DNA from: Tubiluchus corallicola
Lineage: Eukaryota > Animalia > Priapulida
NCBI GenBank assembly: GCA_030141605.1
Contig: JAQGDQ010000004.1
Coordinates: 2,156,517-2,220,516 of the forward strand
Length of the DNA: 64,000 bases
Direction of reading: 5' to 3'
Shown: piece by piece, positions 30,948-44,099 of the stretch
Position numbering within the stretch: the stretch's first letter is position 1
How the letters are laid out: every line of letters begins with the position of its first letter
The notes under the pieces: model-generated
The model's input: the letters and a program-made list of their open reading frames with translations, nothing else
Databases searched by the model: none
Told to the model about the DNA's origin: nothing
Position numbers and translations under genes: made by a program

Positions 30948-32880
30948 ATAATTTATTGATATTTACTAGCATATAGATGTGCAATGCATTGTCAATGCTC
31001 CGGTGATCCTGTATTGCATAGAAAAACTGCATTGTCGATTGACGCTGTTTATTAATGTTCTCATTTTATACTTATTCCCATTCCCCTAATTGTTAACATA
31101 AATTAATATACTATCAGCCTGAACAAGTAATGACTAATGATTCCATTAGCTCTTCTGTAATTTGTTCATAAATAAAGGTTTTGTTGTATGTGTATGAACA
31201 CTTGTTGCCGGTTATCACAGAGAATGTTATGAGCAGTTGAGGCTGAGATCCTGTCAAACATGATTTAACAAAAATGTACGTAGTGGACAAAAACAATTTT
31301 CGCATTTTCCTAAAATCATGTTAGCATCATTCAACTGGGGGATATTACTCATTAGTGAAAATTTGACTACTTACACTTTTGTGATAATTTCTTTTTAATA
31401 GATCAGCGTCGCAGATTTGCCAGGATTAATTGAAGGTGCTCACGTAAATGTAGGATTGGGATACAAGTTTCTTAAACATGTGGAACGAACCAAATTGTTG
31501 TTATTTGTAGTCGACATAAATGGTTTTGAGCTGCCTAATAAAAAGTACAAGAGAAATGCAACAGAGACTGTGTATCTTCTAAATAAGGTAAAAAAGACTG
31601 TAATATTATAACAGTCATTGTTAAATTTTTTTGGACAGACAAAACAAGCTGTGAGTCTCTACAGCAAATCATAATTAACAAATTGCATAAGCTACCAGTG
31701 GCGGCTCGTGTATAGGTACTGTGGTGCTGTAGCACCCCCTGTTTTCTCACTCATTATTGCCGATAACGTTCAATATAAGTCTTTTCTTTAGTTCTTTCTT
31801 TATACTTGTACATGGTGTCTGGCTGTTGTGCGCGTGTGGCCATGTGCACATGTCTGAGATAAGATGCTGTATTTTAGGTAGAAAGAGTACCGTCGCTTAC
31901 GCAGTATGTGTTGAGAGTTGTCACGTGTTTAAAAGCCGTGTATCAGCATATTCTTGAACTGAGACAATTTGGGCTATTCGTAGAAAAACAATGTTTTTTG
32001 TTTAGGAGTTTATCAAGTTTATGTTTATGTATAAATTAGTTTGTTTGTTTAAAATTACAATTACAAGATTAAACTTACATTTGTTTCGTTTTACACAGTA
32101 TTAAAACAATGACTAAAAAATTTTCATCTTGCAGCACCCCACCACTGTTCGTTACTCAGAGATCATTATTAACTGCTTTTGCTCCTTTGATTATTCAGCC
32201 CACCAGGCAATGGTAGTTATAATTTTTTGAATTTTTTTCAAGACCTAGTCCAATCAACTGATATGCAAATACCTATATGAAAATCGTGTGCATTGTAATT
32301 TTTCTGGTCCATTCAGCCTGCTGAATTGAAGCATATTGATAATTTGAATATGACAAAAATCTTATTTTGTTCAGGAATTAGAACTTTATGATGAACAGCT
32401 TACCAATAGACCTGCAATGCTAGTTGTGAACAAAATAGATACCAAAGGTGCAGAAGACAAGCTTCCAGAGTTACTCGAACAATTAAATAATTATCCAGGT
32501 ATGCTTTCTTACAACTTACAAGCATTTTTTTAGGGAATAAATCATTTACCTGCCAGATTTGGGAGCAGAAATTATTTGTAAATGTGGTACAGGTAATATG
32601 TTGTAGTATCATGTGTACTAGTGCTTTTTACCAGTTTTTTTTTCAAATTTCAGAATTTTCAAAGCAAATTCCCGATGAAATTTGCCCGACAAAACTAATT
32701 CAGTTTGACAGGATTCTTCCATTGTCAGCCAAAAAGAAAGTCGGGATTGATAAGTTGAAGCTGTGTGTGAGAGAAATGCTTGACTATTATGATGAGCAGG
32801 AGAGAAGTGAAGAAATAGATCAAAACAGAGAAACTTTGCAAAGAAATAAGAGAATTGGGGGCAAAGTGCAATTTATTTAG
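23257..32880 (+). CDS. GTPBP10: GTP-binding protein 10 (Obg-family GTPase), 9 coding exons, ~388 aa
   Basis: Exons 23257-23295, 24342-24568, 25349-25440, 28171-28315, 29069-29142, 30183-30235, 31402-31587, 32375-32498 and 32654-32880; total 1167 nt, in frame. Obg glycine-rich [16 protein letters not shown]1 GFPNAGKS, G2 YPFTT, G3 DLPG, G4 NKID, G5 SAK. The first exon is the least certain. Confidence 0.93.
26200..27657 (+). mobile_element. Academ-like (XPG-domain) DNA transposon remnant in GTPBP10 intron 3
   Basis: Decayed H3TH-like [14 protein letters not shown], then LERFLVLL...LFTRRGR...IPP and a degenerate Cys-rich tail. The right end ...TTAGCTGGCCTA reads TAG-first on the minus strand. 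The left end was not found. Confidence 0.6.
30893..30948. repeat. (TA)n(TG)n compound microsatellite
   Basis: Seen directly. Confidence 0.95.
31696..32150. mobile_element. hAT-type MITE, second copy of the 34365-34871 family, right end decayed
   Basis: Starts CAGTGGCGGCTCGTGTATAGGTACTGTGGT and aligns by eye along most of its length with 34365-34871. Confidence 0.85.
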
Positions 32881-34364
32881 TAGTAATATTGATGTGAAAT
32901 AATGAATGTTGCTTCACATAACTATGAATTATGCTGTTGTTTGTGAATAATGTTGTGTAACAGTTGCTTTATACAATTTAAATGCAAAACCTTTTTCTTA
33001 AGTCTTTGTTAAATTACTACTATTACTGTTATAGTGAAATCCATAGGTAAAATCCTGATATTTGCAGACTTTTGGCTGTTATTCTTTATATATTTACATA
33101 GGGTATATTTTAAAACTGTAGCAAAACTCTGAACTGTTGGCGTTCACACTTGCTGACTGGTAAGTATGACACCACCTGCATCGGTAATGCTATAAGTGTA
33201 TGCATAAATAAACAGTAAAATCCTCATTTTTGCATTTCTGGAAACCTAAGTGCATTGTGAAATTAATATAAAAACCACAGGGGCTACTGAAAGTAACGAT
33301 TAAAAAATGTCTAGCTAAGGTATTATTAACTTTAATGCCAGTCATGTAATTCTTGTTGAATCACTGATTGATATAATTATATTGAGCAGAATGACTGTTT
33401 ACTTGCACTCATTGTAAGTAATTCCAAGTGTAAATAGTGTTGAATTTGTAAATTGTAATATTTATTAACAAAAATAAAATTAATACACTATTCACGATAT
33501 TTTTGTTAACACGTGATGCTTGTTCAGACACAATTGCTGATTCTGCAATGTTAACAAACATTTGGATAGTAACAGTGCTAATGTTGTCACAAGAATTTAG
33601 ATTGCTAGGATTTTAGACATACGGGTGATTTTTCTATCATAGGTGGCAGTCATTAACATTTGTAAAAGCTTCGTCAGTACTATTGTACTCTATGAACAAA
33701 CAAGTGCAGGCCTCTATTAAACTAAGACCAACAATTTTAAAACAGTGATGAGCAGTGTTCTGAACTTTTGTCATTAAGTGCATTACACACTTTTGCTTGT
33801 TTTAGTTTAAGCAAACTCATGTAATTTTGATTTGAATGTCCCACTGGTAGCTCAAAATAAGGACCCTACACATAAAAATAATTAAATTTGCCTTGACACT
33901 AAAAAGTCACTTTTAAATAACAATTTATGCTATAAAAGTGATAATGTGAAAGGACAAAGAAAGGAAAGCGATAATGTGGAGATTTGGCTGAAGCATAATA
34001 CACGATTACTGACTAGCAACTAGCAAAGAAATTTGAATAGGGGATCTTACAAAAAAAATTTGCAATTTTATGAACTGCCACAAGTGTCACAAAAAACAAA
34101 ATTTCAGCACTTCATTCAAGAGGTAATTGAGCATTTATTAGCTAGTATTCAAGAACCAACCAACAACTTTTTAAAATTGTTAAATAAAACATTTGCACTT
34201 TGTTTATGTGTTCCCGAAATCTCACAACAAAATAATAACTAACTATAAAAATATCAGACTTATAAACTTCATATAAAATTACAGTAAATATAGCACCAAC
34301 ACATTTGTCCTGCATCAAACATACATAAATATAAAATAAAAGTAGTACACACTTAGCCTATTAG

Positions 34365-34871
34365 CAGTGGCGGCTCGTGTATAGGTACTGTGGTACTGCA
34401 GCACCCTGTTTTCACTCATTACTATCCATAATATTCAATATAATAATCTTTTTTCTGTAGTTATTTCTTTATACTTGTTCGGTACCGAAGCACAATTTGC
34501 TTCACAGCCCAAGGAATGCAGTGTTTGACTGTTGTGCGCACGCGGCCATGTGCACGTCTGAGATATGACGCTGTACTTTAGGTAGAAAGACCACTGTCGC
34601 TCACTGCAGTACATGATGTCAGTTGTCACGTGCTTAAAAGCTGTGTATCGGCATATTCTTGAACTGCGACAATTTAGGCTATTCGTAAGAAAATGTTTTT
34701 TGTTTAGGAGTTTATCAAGTTTATGTTTATGTATAAATTAGTTTGTTTGTCTAAAATTACAATTACAAGATTAAACTTACATTTGTTTCGTTTCACTCAG
34801 TATTAAAACAATGGCTAAAAAAACTTTAATTTTACAGCACTCCCACTAATTTTAACTACAAGCCGCCACTG
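34365..34871. mobile_element. hAT-type MITE, 507 bp
   Basis: TIR CAGTGGCGGCT / AGCCGCCACTG with an exact 8-bp TSD CCTATTAG. Confidence 0.92.
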
Positions 34872-35606
34872 CCTATTAGTATAATGTAGTTTGCATGTTT
34901 TACATTTTATGATCTTTTTTACTACCAAATTTCAATCAGCACTTTAAATAGGATACAGCCTACATTGGGACTGCAAGTCGGGAGTTACTGCAAGTTTGGC
35001 ATGATATGCGGTGCCTTAATACATACGTCTATGCAAATACAGAAATTTTGTTTTGGGAAAAATGCTGGCATTAAGCGATGTATTGGCATTAGGTTTGGCT
35101 GTATTAGCTTCTCTGGGTTTAATAAAATTTGACAGGTAGCGACATTAGTGGCAAACAGGGTTAGCAATAGCACAAATGAGTATAATGCAATGATGTCTAT
35201 TGATAAGAAAAATGAAGCATTATAATAATTCCTTTTAATAATGATGTACCAACCAGTCACAGTATTAAAAATCTTTTTTTCATCTTAACTGTTTAATAAC
35301 TATCAGAACGATTTTATGAAAGTCGAAATTTAAGAATGCCTACACTCAAAGCTGGTGATAGCAGTTAATGTCTACATTCATACAAATGGCACAAAAAGGA
35401 TTAAATCTTCAATTTTAAAATAAAATTAGAAACATCTAAACAAAGTACCATGATCAGAATAAAATAAATATTTATCACAAGCACCGGGATTAATATTCCA
35501 CTTATAAAACAGTTAATTCATTGTTAATGATAAATCTCACACATTAGCTGCAAAACTAACTTTGTTCAGTCTGTGTACTTCCGGAAACCATGCAAAACGT
35601 TAAATG

Positions 35607-38600
35607 CTAACTTTTCAGCTTTTTCCTTGGTGGAGGTTCATCATTATACATGCTTCTATCCAACTGAAGAAACTGACAAATGTTTCCTACGTACAGTTTA
35701 TCCTGAAACAGAAAATTTTGCTCAGGAAATGCATAGTTGTAAAAATGGAGTAATAACAAGATTGACCTTAATACATTTAACATAGGAACTAAGCATTAAG
35801 CAATATCTAAACTGTGCCAAAAGAATGACTGAAAACAGGTCAAGCTGTTGAGCAACTTCAGCATAGTGGCGAGTAAAAATAATAAAAATATTTAAAAAGA
35901 AAATGTAAATAATGTAACACATATGAGCCTAAACACGTGCAATGATAAATATTGCTTAATTGTTTAACAATGAATGTATGAGGTGTACAGTTAGGCTACC
36001 ACATCCTGTGAATTGACCATACCTTTAATTCAGCACTAAATTCTGGTACTGATTCAATAAGGTCTGCTTCAAGCTCTCCAAGAGGAAATGGGTAATCTGT
36101 TCCAAGTACAACACGATTCTAAAACAAAACACTCAAATTTTTACATACATTTAAATACTAATACGGAAAAGAGAAAGAGAGAGGGAAAGACAACAACAAA
36201 AAACAAAAAATAGCTAACCTCTCCTAGCACCTTTACAAGATACTTTAATGCCTCTGCATCATGCACCAAAGAATCACTCCATATTTTACCAATGTAACTC
36301 CTAGGATTGGTCTTGGTTTCAACTGCACACAAATCAGGTCGCACATTAAAACCATGTTCTATTCGACCTAGCGATAAAAGAGAATGTTAGAACTAAAATT
36401 CTTTAAAAATAAACTATACTGAAAGTACATGTGAGTCCTGGTTACCCGTTACATGCAAAACTGGCATAATCATACCGGGGGTTATAGCTCAGTGGTAGCG
36501 TGCCCACTTCCTGCAAGAGAGTTCGATGGTTCATCTCTTGACCGAGTCATACCAAAGACTTAAAAAATGGTATGGCTAGTTCTTTGACCAAGCACGAGGG
36601 TTTATCAAAGTAACATGCATTTAATAATAATCAGAACCACCTTAGAAATAAATATTAAGTTACTTAAGTACACTACCTATCGTATATGGAAATGCACCAC
36701 AACCATGAGCAAAACAGATCTTTAAGTTTGGGAAACGGTCTAACACTCCACCAAATAACAAAGAAACAATGGCAATTGTTGTTTCAGATGGCATTCCTGT
36801 AAAATTTAAATGAAGCGATTTTTATGGATTTTTTTTAATAGTCTAGTGTCCAAAAATGCTTTTTCTTGAAATGACGAACTTCTAAGAGCTTATAAGATTG
36901 ACAATTTCACATTTAAAATGCCCTATACTACATATCATTGCATAATGATAATCACTGTTTAATGATAATTCAACCAAAATGAAATTTGTTCCAGCCATTT
37001 TCTCACTTGTTGACGACAATTATAATATTTGATATACTTACTGATGATAATTACATATTTTATATCCTTACAAAATTATGAAATGATTCATTTTAACAGT
37101 TTTAACTTGCTAAATTCATTGTCCAGTCTTATTTGAATCAATGCTGTTGAAATAATAATGCGGAAAATTGACAAGCACTAATCAAACAAAAAAAATTTAT
37201 AACACTAAAAATTAAACTGGACAATTATGTTTAAAGTGTGAAATGTAACAAAATATGACAGCACTCTATAAAATAACTTACAAATTATATGTAATTTAAT
37301 GCATATTACGTAGCATGTCAGGAGAGAGACAAACAGAAAGCTAATCATTATACAAACCAACTAGCCAGGGAAGCCAAAATTTTGACATTCTGCCTCCCAG
37401 TTCCATATCCCATGGATGAACAAAAATGGCACAGTCATACTGCTGAGCTGCCTTAAGTAAAAATGAAAAATTTGGGAACTAGAAATTTGCTAATTTAGAA
37501 ATACAAGTTTCTACGAAAAAAGAATAATAAAAGAAAACTAATCAGCAACGTGAAATTACAACTAAATAGATCAAGCTGCAGATGTTTCCAATAATGCATA
37601 ATTTTCACTTATGTCTTTCACAGGCACGCAAGACCTTTTAAGCTTTCAGAGCAAAACCAGTTACAAAAACTTCCAAGCTGAATAAACTAACATGTTAACC
37701 ACAACCATGTTTATCCATATTGACATAAGGCTTATTTAACAGCTTGTGTTAATTGTTAATAAAATCGATGCAAAAATAAACATTCATCTTTCTTAGTGTG
37801 CTGCTTGTTAATCACGTAATGAAGAAATAGCTTTTAGACTAGTCAGAAGCCAGTTCTATTGCTATACAGTTTAGCTTATTTCTGCATTTCTTTGTACTTA
37901 TTTGTTAGTGATGTAAGTCTAACAAATCCTTTCTTGGGTTCTTCATATAAAGACATAAGTTATAGGTTATATAGCTAGTAATAACGTCAATTGGATTACT
38001 ACAAATTCACAGTGACCCTTGTATTAACACTCCCTTGTAATGTGGTTCCTTTAATATACAATAAGTATTTTGTAATCGACTCAGATTGTTATAGTTAGGA
38101 TAATGTTGACTAGTAAAGACTTGGTATTCCAGAATATGTAAGTGTAAACAGACTTATATGTAAATTTTAACCATATCTTAATTTAGTATCCTTCTCAGCT
38201 TAAAAAAATAGTTATTGTAACATTATTTACAAATTTGGTTTGCTGTAAACTTGCTTTCATTCATTTTCTTTTTTAAACCTCTGTTCACCTTGAAATGGGA
38301 GAAAAGTGATTAAAAACATGTTAATGGAACCATGTTTTCTGTCAACCAAATTTGTACAAGGAGAAATATGAATATTAAGTACACATTTGTTGGGTTGCCA
38401 AAAAGAAACGTAAATTAAGATGTGATTAAAATGTGCACATAAGTTTTTTCCAAAAAACAGCATACATTAATAACTTACTGCCCAAAATGGATCTAACTGA
38501 GGTGCATCCAAGTTCCATTCATTAATGTGTGAGCCAATTTGTACGCCAGGGAATTTTAAATCTGTTCTTATTCGTTTGAGCTCTTCTACAGCAAGTTCAG

Positions 38601-41600
38601 GTGACTGCATAGGTAATGTGCCTAACCCGACAAATCTTTAAAAAAATACTCACAACTAATGAAAGAGATACATGATAATACATTAATAATCAAATTAATT
38701 AATTCTGAAAAAAAAATATTACAAATAATCTTACGGACAGTCAAATGTCCGAAAAGACCAAAGTTAAGTAATGATGAGTCTGATCAATCAATATGTGGAT
38801 GACTTATAGTCAATATTTATTGTGGACATTTCTATCTGCCATACCATCCTTGGGTATTTTCAATATATACATGAGAATGTGACAAAGACATTTCTACTGA
38901 TACAGCATCTCAGTCAGGGGATTATCCAGCATCTCAATTAGAGGATTATCCAGTATCTCAGCTAGGGGATTATCCTTTACATTGTGACAGAGACTGCCAT
39001 AACCATATACAATGAATTGGCACAGCAGCTGAATGTCAATCCAGCTTACAGAGTGCCAAAACTGTGCAAAAAAAAGGTACCTGATCCATCTAACCAGTAT
39101 AGGTGATTACATCACATATTTAGAATACAATATCTGCCACGTGAAATAGGCATTTGTTTAATCACCTGTATCAGACTGTATGATTGATGATATGCAAAAT
39201 AAGTGAGATGATGGCAGCAAAGTAAAACTTGGTAGGAAGAAACTGATTACCTGTGTGGAAATTTCTGAACTACTTCAGCCATATCATTATTCAGTATTCT
39301 GCACAGGTCTAATGTGTCTTTAGCCTTTGCCTAAAAGAACACAAGTAATTATTAATAATTAATAATTACGAAGGTAATATACATTCAAGTAATAAATCAA
39401 AGCAATTCTCCGTAAATTAAAACAATTCTTTACGCAATGAACACCTACAACTGACACCTTACATACACTGTCATGCAGTGCTTTGCGTTTTATTGGCTCT
39501 AATAATGCTGTGAACTTCATGACAAGATCAAAAATTAGACAGCAGTATGCAAACATTTTCCACACCTGTTGAAAGTAGCGACAGAAGCTAGCAGATATTA
39601 AATTCTCATCAGCAAAGGTGAAGTGTGTGTAAATGAACCAGCTATTCATGCTAGTAGCTGTACTAATACTTCTGATTAAAAAACTATGTAATATGTATGT
39701 AATATAGATTAGTTATACAATATCTGCCTATCAACAAAATGTTGATGCAAGAAATAAGATTATCAAAGCAAAAGACTTGGGCTTCTTAAGTTCAATACCC
39801 TTAGCTTTAGCAGGTTAGAACCATAATGTGGTTAATAGAAAATTTTAGTAAGAACCCTCAAAAATTTCGGCAAAGCTAATTAATTTTTGTGCAGTCTTCT
39901 TGTTAAGAACATTTGTGAAGCACACATTTGCAAATACACTGGCATGTGATACAAGAATTACACATTAGTAAGGTGCCTTATGACATGACAACAAGGCGAA
40001 AAGCAACACAAATATAATATACATTACCCAATAGTTGAACATGACAGGTACCGTCGACAATGCTTGAACCGTAACACCTAAATAGAAATTACAAATGTGT
40101 AATATTACACACCGATAAATTAATTTTATTTTTTAATTTTAATTCTGATTATGCCATGTCTGCTATATTATAAGCACCAGAAGGTATTATAATTCATTAA
40201 TTACCTTATACTGAAGCTAATTGAACAATGACATTAAAATATACAAAAGACTTGAAAATTTTATACAATCTATATGCACATTAGGCAAAGACACTATTAA
40301 TGAACATAGTTTTTGCACAACCTTTGGTTAAACAAACACAAAATTAGCAAACTACAGGTACAATTAATTTAGGTTTATATAAAAGCCTAATGTGCAGAAC
40401 CCTGAGAAAATTTCAATGGTTATAGCTTTATATAACATTATTTCATCAAAGGCACAGAAATTGAAGCAGAAAACTGAAATACATATAACATTACCGGTCT
40501 GATCCATATCTTTAATTCTAACTTCTGGATTCCAACAGTTTTCATCAATGATACGAAAAAGCTTGCCATTTTTCACCATTTTAGCTTTACCAGGTTCATG
40601 ATGTTCTAAGCTTATGAAACCCCCATATCCGTAGCGCTAAAAATAAATTAAATTTTCACAAGATAATAAAACACAGATACACTGAAAGAAACTCTGGACA
40701 TTAGGTCATGAAAAATAAACAAGCTGGCTGATTAACAATTTTTGCCAAAGTGATGAGGGCAAAAACATTTTGCTTTCCAAATAAAAAAAGCAACATGGAC
40801 ATACATCTTATGACTTCCAGTTTTTAGTTACTTTAAAGCACACAAAAATATATTATTGAAAGATCCAAGCGGTCTGTTGAATAATTCTAAAATACGTTTC
40901 ATAGTTACAGCTTGAAATATAGCTTTCCGAAAAAACAATGAAAACGGCCTCACAGAACACACGCAGAGCAAGCACTTTGCAAAAGAGTTAAAAAATATAA
41001 TGACTATTGACTTTTTTCCAACTTGTATAAATTGTTATGGGAAGTAATGTAGCTCTGAAAAGAAGTCTTTAGACATTTTTTGCTGTGTTGTCTCGTAAGA
41101 TTGGGAAAGGATGAGACTCATCACCTATGCAGTTAGCCACAGTAAACTTAGCGAAAGACTGTTAAGTTGAATAGAAAATAGGAATTTTAATTTTCTATCA
41201 AAAAAATCAATTGAGAGAGAATGTGGTGACTGTTTAAATTAATTGTATTGCCTTTTTGTAGGTAAACAATATCAGTGCATATTTTTCGTTATCTTTGTAT
41301 TTAATGTTTAATTTACTTTTGCTACTAATCTAATCTTTTTTTACTGTACATGTGTTCGAAAATAATGATGCTAATAACAATAATAATACAGCTTATTAAT
41401 CTATTAATGGAAGCTCTGTTTTAAATGCTAACATCTCATGGACACATGGCACAACTCAAACTAGAAAAATATTTTTAAATCCCAATGTTTGCAGTTTAGA
41501 TCAGTGGTTCCCAAAGTAGGGGTAAATTACCCCCCGGGGGTAATATGGTTTTTTTGGTGGGGTAAGGGCACCTGCTCGTTCAACGAACGAACCTGCTCAT

Positions 41601-41955
41601 TCAGTAATGAGCAGGTTCAGTAATTGTAATTCTTGTTTTGGCAACAATACAACAACAACACCTGGAAATTTATTTCTGTCACGAGCAAACATCAATAATT
41701 TTGCTTGCTTGTGGCATATACGTGTGTTTACTTTTTGAGTTGGAGAAGTAGTACTTGGTGGGGGGTAATGGACACGACCGGGTTTCCCGATTTGGGTAAC
41801 GGTCCGAGAAAGTTTGGGAACCACTGGTTTAGATGGTTACTGCAAGTTAAAACACGATGCACCACAGTCTCTCTATGGTGTACACTGCTTTGATGTACCT
41901 TTTCCAAATCTGGCCATTTTTCAGGTAATATGTGATTATGGATGTCAATCTTCAT
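35607..41955 (-). CDS. ACMSD: 2-amino-3-carboxymuconate-6-semialdehyde decarboxylase, 10 coding exons, ~346 aa
   Basis: Exons 41955-41899, 40636-40495, 40077-40028, 39330-39251, 38635-38479, 37451-37358, 36796-36677, 36367-36219, 36118-36023 and 35702-35607; total 1041 nt. Motifs [32 protein letters not shown] and [10 protein letters not shown] match ACMSD and its metal ligands. Confidence 0.95.
36477..36603 (+). mobile_element. tRNA-derived SINE fragment in ACMSD intron 7
   Basis: A-box TAGCTCAGTGG and a degenerate B-box GGTTCATCTC, followed by GTCATACCAAAGACTTAAAAAATGGTA, which resembles a conserved SINE central domain. Confidence 0.7.
38903..38974. repeat. 3 x 24-bp tandem repeat in ACMSD intron 4
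   Basis: Units CAGCATCTCAGTCAGGGGATTATC, CAGCATCTCAATTAGAGGATTATC and CAGTATCTCAGCTAGGGGATTATC. Confidence 0.9.
41502..41826. mobile_element. hAT (Charlie-like) MITE, 325 bp, in ACMSD coding intron 1
   Basis: TIR CAGTGGTTCCCAAA / TTTGGGAACCACTG with an exact 8-bp TSD GTTTAGAT. Confidence 0.93.
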
Positions 41956-42078
41956 ACTTTCATAAAATGATGTTCATTAAAAATATGACAACCCACCTAG
42001 AAAATAAAAACATGTATCGTTATTAGGGTAACTGAGACTGCTCCATGACAGTTTTTTCAAAAAACACTTAAAAATAAA

Positions 42079-42160
42079 ACACACACATGCACACACACAC
42101 ACACACACACACACACAAGCGCGTGCGCACGCACTCACACACACACACACACACACACAC
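42079..42160. repeat. Interrupted (CA)n microsatellite just upstream of the first ACMSD coding exon
   Basis: Seen directly. Confidence 0.95.
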
Positions 42161-42489
42161 AATATTATAATATAATCATACCGGGGAAGACGGCCGGAGA
42201 TTTGTTAATTGTCACAGAAGCATATTAATTGAAGTGTAACACAAAGTAGCAATACAAGCAACGAAAACCAGGAATTCACATACTTAACAATTGTAAATAG
42301 GAAAGTTTTCTTAAACCTGTGTCCAATGGATAAAGAAAACAAATTACGTTAACAAAAAATTTAATTAGCGGAAGCTCAGTGAATTTTACTTGCAAAACAA
42401 TGTGCCACACGCTTTTAAAAATAAGAAGCTTAGAAATCTCTCTTTATGAGATTATCATACACAACAAGAGGAGGACTTCATTATAAGCA

Positions 42490-44000
42490 GAATTTTTTGC
42501 TCCCGGTAATTGAAGGTCTACATATTGGACTGGAAGGTGTCATATGACAGCTTAAACATGTCAACCCTAACAAACCTGCAGGACCTGATATATTATCAGC
42601 TCACATTTTTCATGATTTTGCCACGGAACTAGCACCAATGCTAAGGTTTATCTTTCAACAATTTTTCAACACTTCAAGAATGTCTGATGACCGGAAAACT
42701 GCTTGTGTTGCTGCTATACTCAAAAAAGGATCTATTTTTTCAGCTTTAAACTACAGGGCGGTCTCATTAACATGACTAGCCTGTAAAATCATGCAGCATA
42801 TCTGCTTCTCACATGTCAACAAACATCTCAAAAATTACAACGTTATTAAGGGGATCCAACATGGTTTTTGTTTCTGTTTTTCATGTTCAATTCAGCTGAC
42901 AGAAGCCGTACACGACTGAACATTAGCTTTAAATGACAAGCAAGGCAATAAAGTCAGCCAGGTTGATACAGTACTGCTTGATTTCAGCAAAGCATTCGAC
43001 CTGGTCCCACATCAGCGTCTCTTAGCTAAGCTAGTATTCTATGGTACCTTATCAGTGGTCATATACCACAATGGGTCAAATCTTTTCTCTATGAGCAAAT
43101 GCAGAAGGTCTCCATCAATGGTATTCACTCCAGATCCATAAATGTTACATCAGAAGTCCCACAAGGCTCTGTCCTTTGACCGGCTTTATTCTCCTCTACA
43201 TAAATGACATCGGTGTATCATCAAACATTCGACTATTTGCTGACGATGCCCTATAGACCTATGTGGAGTAATCAAGATCTCTCACAGCTACAACAATGAG
43301 GTAAAATTGGCTTATGGACTTTAACATTGATAAACACAAGATCTCTTCTATTTCTCAAAAGAAAAGCACAAATGGGCGACAAAATCCTAGAGCATCTTTC
43401 TTCACATCCACCTGGGCATTGCCATCAGCACCATCTTCATTTGAGTGAGCACTGCCAGGAAATTGCCACTCACGCAACTATGACATTAAATGTTATTCAC
43501 TGGATGCTACAACCATGTCATCAACAAGTCAAAGGAAAAGCATATTAAGGTCTGGTCAGACTAAACTAGAATATGATATGGCAGCCTGGAACATACACAA
43601 TTACTGACAACAAATGCATCGAGTAAGCTCAGCGAAATTCAGCACAACTTGTACGAAAAGAATATACCAGAAGTGCTGAAGTACCTACGATTATCTCCAA
43701 ACTCGCTTGGGAAACACTAGAAATCAGACGCTGACAAACGATACTAAGCATCCTTCACGATATAGTGCATCACAAGATAGGCATCAATTTACCAATTGAT
43801 GTTACCCCATCACACAAGAATAATAGCAAATTTGTTCAACTAGCAGCAAGAGTCAATATTTTAAACTCTTTCTACCACAGAGCAATACGCTAGTGGAACA
43901 AATGTCCACCAGATATCAGAGAAATCACTACTGCAGATCACTTCAAAGCACTAGCACCCTCAGCTGTTTCTACCATATGGGTGCCACCCCACCTAACCTG
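42490..44000 (+). pseudogene. Degenerate CR1-like LINE reverse transcriptase
   Basis: Frameshifted, stop-interrupted motifs KPAGPDI, NYRAVSLT, QHGF, LLDFSKAFDLVPHQRLLAKL, VPQGSVL, LYINDI and RLFADD. Confidence 0.88.
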
Positions 44001-44099
44001 TCTGTAAATTTAACCATGATTTTAGCCTTCACCCACACCATGTTTGATTTTCTGTTTCATCTCTAATTAATTCAATTCAATTTAATTCTGAGGTGCCAA

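Noticed and set aside
33461-33478. Overlapping opposite-strand poly(A) signals between GTPBP10 and ACMSD
   Set aside because: It would need a ~2.1-kb ACMSD 3' UTR across a MITE, and such hexamers are common here by chance.
36477-36550. Functional tRNA gene
   Set aside because: The acceptor stem and T-arm do not close properly, the B-box is degenerate, and it continues into a SINE-like body.
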